A DNA stretch of 64,000 nucleotides from Azolla caroliniana (GCA_043228905.1 JBHGNT010000018.1:17236001-17300000), one strand, 5' to 3'. Positions 41,543 to 52,592 are shown, counted from the first letter of the stretch. Notes: generated by a model not told the origin, from the letters alone. A program made the numbers and translations.

Positions 41543-43242
41543 GCCTCTCGGTGCTTGACCGGACCGTTCTGTACACAAGTCGTGTCCTATTGTTTGTTAA
41601 GTTGGTTGACAAGCGGGATCAGGAGCAGGTAAGCCTCCTGTTGGACACTGATGACGGGCTGACGGCCGACTGGGCCGTGGTGAAAAGGGTCTGTGGCCGT
41701 TTTGACAAACGGCGGGAATGGGTTGACAAAGGATCGACAGGGGCGGGCTCTGTGGCATCAAGGAAGCTCGAGCCAAAACCACCAATTCGAAGGGAAGAGA
41801 CCCGAGATTGGCCCGAGACCGGGTCGGCTTCAACCGGCATGGTCAAGGGCTCATCCGGGGGAGCGGCTCTGGAGGAGCTAACGCGGATGGTAAAGGATCT
41901 CCAGATTGCCCAGGCACGGAGGGATGGTGGCGAACAGGCCCGTGACCGACGACCTCTGGATGAAAACAGGTGCATGTGGTGTGACGCAGTCGGGCACATC
42001 CGGAAGGATTGCGGGGACTTCGCCGAGGCGGTGAGAAGTAACGTGGTGTACCTGTGGAACGGTCGGGTGCATGCCAGCGAGACCCGAAGGGCCTTGAATC
42101 TGAACGTCGGACGAGGGGGTATGAAAAGCCTGATGGAGGAGGCGGCGGCTCGTCACGCGGAGACCGTCCACTACTCGGTGTCAACTGGTATTCGGGTCGG
42201 AGGTGGCGAGGCCCCAAAGACGAACAAAGCCGGGTTCTGGCCAACGATGCTAGAAGGCCTCGCCGGCGCACGACTAAGGAAAGAAGAGGCGGACCGCGTG
42301 GAAAAACAGGTCCGGGAGGTGACCCGGTGGAGTGACCCGGTGGAAGAAAAGATGGGCTTCGTCGAAGCCGTTTGTCAAAACTACGAGGCTCTGGTGGAGG
42401 ACAAGCGGATAGGGAAAACCGGAAGGGCTGGGCCCTCGCAACGATATGAAACTCGGTTCGAGCAAAGGCGGAATGAGGCCGGTGTAACCGGTGCCCAGGA
42501 TAATCCCAAGAGGGGCGGATACCGGCTGGGCACAGAAATCGAAAGAACCACGGACCTGCGAAAGGTCCTGGAAGAACGAATCCTCGACAGCAAGATGGAA
42601 CTGTCGCTAAGGGAAGTGCTCGGGATCACCAAGAAGGAGTTCCACGACTCCATTGTAGACTTGGTGAAGAGGAAGAGGCTGTCAACGGAGGAAGAACCGG
42701 AGAAGCCGATGGAGGTGCGAACGACGCACATAGAGGACATGGCGCTGGAAGACAAGTTGGCGGAGAGCCACTATTCGAGGCCACACTGGGCCAGAGCGAC
42801 TACGGAGACCCCCGCGAAGATCGGAGATGTCCATGGACTGGTGGTGGCGTTGGTGGACCACGGTTCAGAAATCAATTTGATGTCCATGGACTTCTACAAG
42901 AAGGGGAAATGGCTGATCAACACCAAGCACGGGTGGAAGATACGGGCAGTGACGCGTGGCACCGAAGAACTGCATGGAGCCTGCCCGAATGTACGAGTAA
43001 AGATCGGTGATGTCGAGATTGACCAACACTTCTTCGTGCAGGAGACGTCCTCACATCTGGTTATACTAGGAGAACCATACATCACGGCAGCACGGATGGA
43101 GACCAAGGTGTTGGACAACGGCTCGGCCTATGCAAGGGTCAAGAGCCAGGATGGGCGTCACTCGGTTCAGTTCCTGACGGTGAGACCGAACCATGAGCGG
43201 AACCGCGAGACCCTCGGGAGCGAAAGCCGAGAGGATTTTTAG
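41543..43242 (+). pseudogene. Gypsy A gag-protease (N-terminus at 34445-34841, split by element B)
   Basis: 563-aa ORF with CMWCDAVGHIRKDC, 'LVDHGSEIN' and 'VILGEPY'. Confidence 0.9.
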
Positions 43243-46200
43243 AGAGGGCTATCAAGGCGTGGGGCCGCGATAGTCCGGACACTCCGGGAAAACCCCACAA
43301 GTGTACGATAGCGAAGAAGACCTGTACTATAAGTAGGAAATTTTGGTTCTCCGACAACGGAGGGTGTACGATAGTTGACGTTGCTGGGCGGAAGAAGAAG
43401 AGGGCGGCGGAGCGACTTCGGGCATGTGGTATCCTCGGCCTCGGAGACGAAATCAACGGAGCTGTGGAGGCAGTCTGTTTCGACGATACCTTGGGGGAGC
43501 TGCGAGAGGTAGTCGGAGGAGTCCTCAAAGAGGACCAGACGATTCCGGTATGTTCAGAAAGGATGTACGAAGTCATCGCAGACTTCAGGAGAGGGCTCGA
43601 GTCAGTTCGAACGGCCCGAGTGGACACGAGGTACAAGACTGTGGACCGGAAGGTGAGGCCAGTCGCGGCTCCCTTGCCGGAGGGCAGCGAGTTGCGAATA
43701 AAGGGGGTTGCATCTGACCCGAGTTTACGAAATCCGGCCTGCATAGGACACACGTTCACCGACATAACGCTACGGGAGCTCAAGTTCGGTGGGGGCGGCT
43801 TCCTACTGCCGGCGGAGGAGGACCGGTTTCGGGGAATGCTCGGAAGGCACGGGAAGGCTTTCGCATTCTCACCGGAGGAGATCGGGTGCGTAGATCCGAC
43901 AGTCGTGGAACCGATGGTGATATTCACGGTACCGCATGTGCCGTGGAGTCTCAAACAGATTCCAGTACCCAGAGTTCACATCCCGAAGCTGATGGAGCTG
44001 TTAAAGCAGAATGTCGAGATGGGAATCCTCGAACCGTCGAGTGCCCCGTACTCGAATCGGTGGTTTACCGTGCCGAAGAAGGATGGCACGCTGCGCTTTA
44101 TTCAAGACCTGCAGCCGGTCAACAAGGTGACCATTCGAAACGCAGGAATCGGACCGACAATAGACGAGTTCGCGGAGGCCTTCGCCGGAAGGTCGATATA
44201 CTCGGTCGGTGATCTCTACTCGGGGTACGATCAGTTCCAGCTAGCCATAGAAAGCAGAGACATCACGACAATGCGAACTCCTCTCGGCCTAGTACGGATG
44301 TGTACCCTACCACAAGGAGGGACGAACTCGGTGGCTCACATGGTGAACGCAATGAACAAGGTGCTAAGGGATTGTATCCCGGACATCACCATGCCGTTTC
44401 TGGACGACGTCCCGATCAAGGGATGCCCGGTGGAGGAAAGGGACGAGACGATCGGACCGGACGAGTGCCGGAAATTCGTGGCGACGCACATCGATGACTG
44501 CGAGAAGGTGCTACAGAGGTTGGAGGGCGCGAGGCTCACCTTCTCCGGGGGAAAATCGGCCTTCGGGCAATCAAAGATAATGGTCGTCGGACACCTATGT
44601 GGGCCGTACGGCCGGAAACTGTCTCCGGCTAAGGTAGAAGCCATCTCCGCGATGAAGAACGATTGTAGCTCGGTCACGGAGGTTCGGAGGTTCTTGGGAG
44701 CGTGCGCGTTCTACCACATATGGATCCCGCATTACGCTCACGTCACGGAGCCATTATACGGGTTGCTGAAAAAGGGGCGAAGATTCGAGTGGAGAGACGA
44801 GCATACGGAGTCTTTCCGGAAGATGAAGGAAGCACTTGCCGCAGCTCGGGCGCTCCGAAAGGCTGTCTACGGAAGGAGCACTCCAATTTACGTAACGGTA
44901 GACACGAGTCCGACCGGGATCGGATGGGTCATCAACCAGGAGGACGAGGACGGCATGCGTTCCCCGATCCGGTTCAGTGCGAAGGTCCTCAGCGAGCAAC
45001 AGCGAGGATACGCCCAGGTTAAACCCGAGCTTTGGGGTATCGTTTCAGCGGTAAAGGCCGATAAAGACTACCTGATCGGGGCAGAGGTAATTATCGAGAC
45101 GGACTGCCTGCCAATTCTTGGCATGGTTTCCGGATGCGCGACGCCGGACCTGGCAATGCTCAGGTGGATAGCGTACATCAACTCCCTGAATCCGGAAATA
45201 CGACACATTTCCGGGAAAGACAACGCCATGGCCGACATGCTTTCAAGGGCGAGGTTCGAAAACGATGGCGGCATGGTTTCAGAGGACGAGGAAGTCGGCG
45301 TGGACTTCTTCGAGGCGGCTTACGTGACAACATACGGGGAATGCTCTCCGACGCTTAACGACTTCGACGAGAGCAAGTACGACGGGGAGTGGCTGCAGAT
45401 CGGCGGGTTCCTGAAAACAATGGCACCAGACGCAGTGTGGACAACGGACGAGGCCAACCGGATTCGGAAGAAAGCCTACCGATTCTTTCTCCGGGACGGA
45501 TACATCTAGAAGCACCCGAAGAAGAGGGACGGCATCCCGCTCCGAGTGGTGGCGAAGACGGAGGAACAGGAGGATTTGCTGGCGGCGTACCACGATAGCC
45601 CGTGGGCTGGACACCGTGGAACGTGGGCCACGTTCGAAAAGCTAAAGGGAAAGTACTGGTGGCCAGGACTATAGCGGGACATGCATCGGTTCGTGACGAC
45701 TTGCGAAAGCTGCCAGGTGCACTCCATGATCCGACATCGGGACGAGCTTCACCCGACCTACCCTCCGACCATCCACTTCAAGTGGATGGTGGATTTGGTA
45801 ACGATGCCGATGGGGGTAGGGCAGATGCGGTATCTGGTGCTGGCTCGGGAAGATCTAACGAACCAGGTTGAAGGCCGAGCCCTGCAGAACAAGACCACGA
45901 CAGCCGTATGCCGGTTTTTTATTGAGGACGTAGTATGCCGATACGGGTGCATAGGGAAGATCGTGGTTGACCGTGGCGAGTTGGACGCAAAAGAAGCCGA
46001 AGAGTTGTTCGACCGGCTAGGAGTCAAACTTTCGCTCACCACAACGTACAATCCGGAGGCGAACGGGAAGGTGGAGCACAGACACGGGCCAATTGTCAAA
46101 GCACTAGTACGGGCGTGCGGAGGCCGAGTCGGGGACTGGCCACGGCTGCTACCTTATGCCTTGTGGGCGGACCGGACCACGCACAGTTCGGTAACCGGGT

Positions 46201-46727
46201 TCATGCCGACCGAGCTGATGTTCGGACAGAAGCCGATCATGCCAACAGAGCGAACGATCTCCTCGTGGGCCACGGTGGACTGAAGGGATGAGATGAGCCA
46301 GGAGGAACTGTTGGCGGCGCGGATTTGACAGCTCAAGCAGAGGCCGGAAGACGTAGAGCGAGCTGCGGAGAAACTTCGGGTAGCGAGGATAAGGAGCAAA
46401 GCCCGGTTCGACCGAACACACCGACTCCGGCCAAGGAAGATCGAGGAAGGCGACTGGGTGCTAGTCTACGACAGCAGCCTCGACAATCAACATAGGGCCA
46501 CGCGGAAGTTTGCGAGGAGGTGGTTCGGGCCTTACGTAGTAACAGGCACCAACAGCAATGGGACGTACCATCTCGCGGAGCTCGACGGTACGAGAATGGC
46601 GATGCCGGTGGCGGAGAAGAGGATCAAAGCGTTCAAGAAACGACACGACGGTGAGCCGGAGCTAGGAGGCACAAACAGCAACGACGAGCAGCCCGAGGCG
46701 GAGGATGAACCGGTTAACGAGGAATAA
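43233..46727 (+). pseudogene. Gypsy A pol (RT, RNase H, integrase) with several in-frame stops
   Basis: ORFs 43464-45509, 45681-46283 and 46458-46727 are in one frame, -1 relative to gag. Confidence 0.9.
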
Positions 46728-46805
46728 AAGCAAGGACCGGTTTTCTCCAAGCCGGAACCCAATTTTTGGCGCATACCGGTGGATGCGCGGTTAGGTGGGG
46801 GCGGA

Positions 46806-47493
46806 TGTCGTGAAGAAAACCGTCCCCAGGCGCAAACCGTGTATAGTGTGTGTGAACCAGCCCTTACACGTGGGCACGTCCCTTGTCGTATAGTAGATAG
46901 GTAGGCGCAAGGGTTAGATCCTAGGTAGCAATATTCTATAGGGAGAATCGAGGAGTATCTCTGTCCGAAAGGACAGAGAATTAATGTGATGTAAATGGGC
47001 AAGACGGCCTCCCTCCTTGAGCTATAAAAGAGAGGGAGACGGGGGAGAGATGGGATCGCGCGCTAGAGGGGACGAAGTGTTGTCGGACTGGGACCGAGCT
47101 CTTCTCCTCTGTCGTTCTCCATAGCTTTCTTGGCGCAGGTTCTCGAGAGGCTGATTCTGCTTCGTGGAACGCCCGTGTGCTTCCGACAGAATCTCCATCT
47201 TGCTCTCCTGCGTGCATGGGTGATCAAGCGCCGGCATCCACCTCGTCGACCTGGTCGGTTGTAACCATTCGAGTCGTCTGCATACACGCAAATACATGCA
47301 TATTGTTACATACATACTCTAGTGTTCTCAACTCGTGTCTCCTGTGTTGTTGTGCGAGCGCCCCGTGCGCTTCTTTGTCTATACGTGAGTGAGTGTCTCT
47401 CTCTTTCTCTCCTTTCGCTTCCTCATCTATTCCTCGGTCCAAGACCCCAGTGGTCCCGCCTTGTTCTCCACGCACGCGCGTAACAACGCGACA
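46806..47493 (+). repeat. 3' LTR of Gypsy A
   Basis: Repeat of 33691-34377. Confidence 0.95.
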
Positions 47494-48139
47494 TAACGTC
47501 AATGTGTGGTTGAGATTTTGTCTCCTCGTTGAAGAGAAGCTTGGCCTCGAGAGCTACCTTGGTCTGTGCTTCGATTGGAGAACCCTGTATGCGAAGCTTC
47601 ATTTTCTTCACGGGTCGGTCCGACAGGTTCTCAAACGACCTATTTAAGAAAGTATATGCAAAAACATAAGTTAAGTGGTCACGTAGATTAAGGTTGTATA
47701 TTAAAATATAAATAAGTAGATGAAGAATGGTTCTCACTAGCAGGCGATTAGTGGTGAAGTGAAAATATCAATCATGCATTCAGAGTACATGGTAGTCCTA
47801 TATTCAAAAATCTATTCTAGGCAGGGCTATTCAAACTAGAAAATATATATCGTAATAAGTAAACAAGGTTATATATTCTTTTAAAGAGGAGGTATGATTT
47901 ATATTGATTCTAGACCTATATTGAGGAGAATTTGCTATCATAAAGGTAATTTGTGGGTTATCTTCTACTATTTTAAGCTATAGTAGGTCATAAAACACCT
48001 ATAATTAGGGCATGTTTTTTTAAAAAGTAAGGCAAGTCAACATAAAAAAGACTGATTTTGACAGACAATTTGATATATTTTCCACACAATAATTAATTGT
48101 TGCCCCAAAAACACAATTTTTCTCTTTCAGGGCCTTCTT

Positions 48140-48525
48140 TTATACAAGAACTCGATACGGCGTATCGAGTTCCTATTTAAACCCTACACTTTAAACAGGA
48201 ACTCGATACAGCGTATCAAGTCCCTGTTTAAAAAGCAAAGGAAACACAGGAACTCGATACGCCGTATCGAGTCCCTGTTTAAAAAGCAAAGGAAACACAG
48301 GAACTCGATACGGCGTATCGAGTTCCTGTTTAAAGTTTAGGTTTTAAACAGGAACTCGATATGCCGTATCGATTTCCTGTTTAAAGTTTAGGTTTTAAAC
48401 AGGAACTCGATACAGCCTGTTTAAAAAGCAAAAAAAAAAATAGGAACTCGATACGCCGTATCGAGTTCCTGTATAAAGTTTGTATTTTATACATGAACTT
48501 GATACGACGTATCGAGTTCTTGAGC
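48140..48525. repeat. Array of eight ~29-bp palindromes, consensus AGGAACTCGATACG-S-CGTATCGAGTTCCT, period ~51 bp
   Basis: Units start near 48146, 48197, 48248, 48299, 48350, 48401 (truncated), 48442 and 48493, separated by A/T-rich linkers of ~20 bp. Confidence 0.92.
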
Positions 48526-48728
48526 GACAAAACATATTTACAAAAATGTCCACAGTGTCAGAGGCCTACCTGGAGTCCTCGCGCTCGATTCTCTTTGAAG
48601 ACATGGTTGATCGTGTGGCAGTGGAGGCGGAGATCGCGCTTTCGTGCTTCGTGCTCTGTGTGCTTTGTGTGCTCTGTGTGCTTTGTGTGCTCTGTGTGCT
48701 CTTGTGAGTGAAATATGACGAGGTCTTC

Positions 48729-48740
48729 CTATTTATAGGG
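48729..48740 (-). promoter_or_regulatory. Putative TATA box of the ParB-methyltransferase gene
   Basis: ccctataaatag on the minus strand, ~130 bp upstream of the ATG at 48604. A 9-bp tandem repeat (48650-48700) lies in the presumed 5' UTR. Confidence 0.55.
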
Positions 48741-49439
48741 ATTGACCACATTGGTTAAAGTAACCATAGTCACCTTAACCAAGGTTGGTAAGTTTGAGGA
48801 TAGTTAGTTGGTAACCATTGTCAAATTAACTAGAGTAACTTATGATTGCATTAATGATTACAAAGTCAAACTAACATATTGATCAATCTTTATAGTCATA
48901 ACAACTAGCAATGACTTCAAAGGTCATGAAGGAGACAATGATAGAGGTTCATGAATGTACCAATGATTGATTACTAAAAGCAACAATTTTTATGACTCTC
49001 AAATGCTGTGTATTAAAGATGTGGGCATGAATTAACCAATGATTGATAAGTCTAATATTTAAAATGGTGAGCATTAAAGAACCAATGAGTGAGAGGTTCT
49101 ATATCAAATATGGGTGCCATTAATTAGCCAATGATTTTAACATTAATCCAACATATTTATGGCTTGGTAATGATTAGATTTATATTATACTTGATTTAAC
49201 TTCATATAGATGTAGTTTAAATAATTATTGATATTTTAAATACCATTACTATATTAAAAATAAAAATTTTATGTATTGTATTAATATAATATTAAATAAT
49301 ATAGACATTCTATTGATTTGGCTTTTGTTTAAAGAGAAGTTTATGTTTAGAGAGGAGTATATCTTTAGAGAGGAGCTTATTAGTTTTTTGCCTTACCCTA
49401 AGCATTATAACTTACAGAGCCCTATCTAGACCTTAAGCC

Positions 49440-52224
49440 ATGAGTGAAGATTCACCGTTCTCAATTGAAGAATATTGTTTTTCATCAGACTCATCGTTTT
49501 CAACTGAAGAGTATTGTTTGTCGACAGACTCACCATATTCTATTGAAGAATATTGTCTATCGACAGACTCACCATATTCTATCGAGGAATATTGTCTCAG
49601 CTCATCTTCACCTACAGGGAATGTAAATAATGACACATGTGAAGAGTTCTCTATTGAAGAATACGATATTAATAAAGATACGGAGAATAAAGTTAGTACC
49701 AAGGAAACATTGAATAACATTGGCGATGGTCAACAAAGAATTAGATTGTAACAAGGTTACACCAACCTCTATGCAGGAAGAGAAATATGGGAGCCCTATG
49801 CATATTAGAAGAATCCCACGAAGAATTCGTCTGGCTAGATTTAGCTTGGTGACATCAGATAAACAAATTGGATTTGATGTCAAAAAAATATGGTGTGCCC
49901 GTGGTTGTATGTCTATGATTGGAAAATCAAAAATGCGAGAATTAAGGCGATACTATTTTTCGATGACCGGTGATGAGCAAGACACTTACCTCGAGTCACA
50001 TATGCAACTAGTATCTGACAAATGTATGGGGATCAAAGTATCATTCGAGTATTATATCTTCCATGCGCAACAGATATGTAGAGTTGCATTCAAAATTGTG
50101 TTATGTGTTAGTAACATGCTGCTACATAGAGTACAACAACGTCTACTTAGCGGGGATCAGATGCTCAATTGTAAAGAGGTTCCAAGTATGAAAGGTGCAA
50201 TTGGAAGACATGCTATTGGTTGGATGAAAACTTACTTTCAGTTAAATTGTGAAGTAATGTCCACTACAGGTAGGATGCACCTTTTTGATAATTATACACG
50301 TCGGGAAGTTTATGATGTCTATCGATCTGATATGTTGGGCTCATGTAATAAGTCTATCACCTATAGCCAATTCACAAGATTATGGATAGCTCGGTTTTCA
50401 AATGTTATCATTCCTCGTAAAGTACGTATGGGGTATTGCTCCATTTGTGCAAATCTTAAAAGTTTGGCTAAAGGTGCAAAGACATCAATGGAAAAGGATA
50501 TGAGTAAGAAGTTACTACAAGAGCATCGTGAGGCACAATCATTAGAACGAAAGAAGGCGATGCATCATAGAGAGAAGTGTTTGAAGAGGCCCGAACAATA
50601 CATGTGCTTAATGATAGATGGCATGAACCAGAAGAAGACGTGCTTGCCGCATATGCGGAGGCTCCCCAAAGATGTCAGTGATGAGTGCCTTGTTCAAATG
50701 CACTTGGTGGGATGCTTGGCTTATAATAGGTCTGTTGGACCTCACGTCTTCATTACATACCCCAATGTTCACAATGACCCTAACCTAACAGTTACAGTCA
50801 TTCACTGAGTTTTGATGTCTTGGGGCCAACCTTTCCCCCCTGTTCTATACATTCAATTGGACAATACTGCTAGAGAGAACAAAAATTCAACTGTGTTTGG
50901 CTATCTAAGCATGTTGGTCAACCAAGAATTGTTTAGGAAAGTGAAAGTCAATTTTCTTTTGGTTGGCCACACACATGACCATATAGATCAGATGTTTAGC
51001 ACATTCTCCAGACAGTTGTCTCGGAATGATGCTTTCACTTTACCTAAACTATTTGATGTCATTTGTGATGCATATACACCACGCCCAAAAGTGTTACACT
51101 TGAAGGAGGTATATGACTTTAAGAGAGATATATCAGATGGGGGTGGTGGGAATGTTAAAGTGCTTGCTCAGTTAAACAATATAAGTTTCAATCACATTTT
51201 TATGATAAAGAAAAATGGAATAAGTGGTTCTACACTTTTGTATGCTAAACAATATTCATCTTCTACAACATGGGAACCTGAAGGTGGTTGCCAGTTATTA
51301 CTTTGTATGCCAAGTACAATTGTCCATGGAGCTAAGCAAATGCCAATTGAGAAGAAAGGACAGTTGCAGAGCAACTTGGTATCAAAACAAAAACGGTCAT
51401 GGCTCCAAGCCTTAGAAGAAAAAAGAAAGCATATTGAGGCCGCCAAGAAATATGCCGCACAACAAGACACGTCATGGTGGGATGTATTTTATAGTGATCA
51501 GAAAGGAATTATAGACAATTGTGTATCTGGTGATAATTGGAATTTAGAAACGCCATTCACATGGTCGTTGCAACATGATCGCGTAAATAGAACTCCGGAG
51601 CAACTAGCAAATGCGATTAATGACAGCTTGGTCCATCCACAACAAAGAGACATTTATGTGGGACCAAGGATGACCAAAGCAGCCGAAACTAGATGGCAAG
51701 GCAATTTGCAAGAGCTCACCGCGGGGATGTTGATTGCAACGCCGGCTGATGAGAACTCACATGGCCACCAATTTTGGGTTGGTAAAATTCTAGAAGTGCT
51801 AATGCATGAAATAGAAAACACGATCAAGTCTATAAATGTTCATTGGTACAACACTAGAAGTGCAAATGCTTTTACAGGTAAGTATACATTGGAGATGATT
51901 GAATGCCCAACAAGAAGGAGAGGTAGGAAGAGGAAGCGAAACATTCGTAACACCTCGACCCTTGATATCTCTGATGTGGATATCATCGTGTACGACTTCA
52001 CACTTACAAAAGCCGGACGATTAAGGAAGTCAACAATAGATATAATAAAAGAAAAATTACCAGGTCTACAAGGTGGCTCGAGTCAAAGGCAAACGAGATC
52101 TGCTACATATAATCTAGAGTCAAACCATTTGGTTTATGACGAAGATAATGCACTGATTGGTACATCCGAGGATGACGAGGAGGAATCTTCATTGTATATT
52201 AGTTATAGTAGTGATTCTCCGTAA
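49440..52224 (+). pseudogene. Sola-like DDD transposase (one internal TGA; frameshift near 49720-49751)
   Basis: CSIC...H...H motif, then 'LMIDGMNQ', 'YIQLDNTARENKN' and 'FLLVGHTHDHIDQMFS'. ORFs 49720-50808 and 50812-52224 share a frame and lie between the TIRs. Confidence 0.85.
49450..49605 (+). repeat. Four 39-bp coding tandem repeats (SPxSIEEYCxSxD)
   Basis: Seen directly in ORF 49440-49751. Confidence 0.85.
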
Positions 52225-52556
52225 AGGAGTGATCATGAATGTATATTTGGCTATTAAGTGTAACTACATTCCGCTTGTAACAAAACGAATAATATAAAAG
52301 CATGTGTTTTGAATTCTTATGATTTCTAAAAAATCGTTTCTTATAAAATAACATTGGTTGTAAAGTTTGTGATATAAATTGAGAATGTAACTTTTTGAAA
52401 TTCGTCTTTTTTTAGTTACTTCTAAATCATGAAAATAGTGGATTTTTAACCTTTTTCATAGTATGTTTGAACATGTATGATATTGGTATGAATGTGTTTT
52501 GTAAAATCATTGAAAAAGCCCTAAAATCAACCAAAATTTCCCTTATCCTTCCATTT

Positions 52557-52592
52557 ATGCGCGATCCTTCCACTTGTGAACGCGAACGTGTT
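52557..52592 (-). repeat. Right TIR
   Basis: atgcgcgatccttccacttgtgaacgcgaacgtgtt. Confidence 0.93.

Larger units (their letters stand above)
33691..47493 (+). mobile_element. Non-chromovirus Ty3/gypsy element A (tRNA-Trp primed), inserted in exon 2 of the methyltransferase gene
   Basis: LTRs 33691-34377 and 46806-47493. TSD TAACGT. PBS 34382-34399; PPT aggtgggggcgga before 46806. Confidence 0.95.
30661..48604 (-). pseudogene. Six-exon ParB-like / beta-class N6A-or-N4C DNA methyltransferase fusion gene (~950 codons), interrupted by a Gypsy
   Basis: Exons 48604-48570, 47639-47494 plus 33684-32208, 32131-31993, 31909-31443, 31354-31105 and 31013-30661; all introns GT-AG and phase-compatible. 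Motifs: VIGGLHSTEA (ParB-like), CGD...IADIPYG, NPYQKP..L...LI..FS..GDWILDLFFGTG|TT..ALKIFRN..ALEKD. Two stops and one frameshift. Confidence 0.85.
29614..52592 (+). mobile_element. Sola-like (probably Sola1) TIR DNA transposon carrying a ParB-methyltransferase gene; ~9.2 kb excluding nested Gypsy elements
   Basis: 36-bp TIRs (first 29 bp identical). 4-bp TSD AATT/ACTT. Removing the element restores the LINE sequence seen intact at ~27805 and ~62871. Contains a DDD transposase. Confidence 0.85.

Noticed and set aside
34000-47400. Many overlapping and antisense ORFs of 60-270 aa in Gypsy A and B (also in C3 and C4)
   Set aside because: Expected shadow ORFs of GC-rich coding DNA; no recognisable motifs.
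48140-48525. CRISPR array
   Set aside because: Linkers are short, A/T-rich and repeated rather than unique; there are no cas genes; the array lies in a eukaryotic intron.
48480-48751. Low-complexity ORFs (VLC)n and (STQ)n
   Set aside because: These are translations of a 9-bp tandem repeat in the presumed 5' UTR; only the last 12 codons (MSSKRIEREDSR) fit exon 1.
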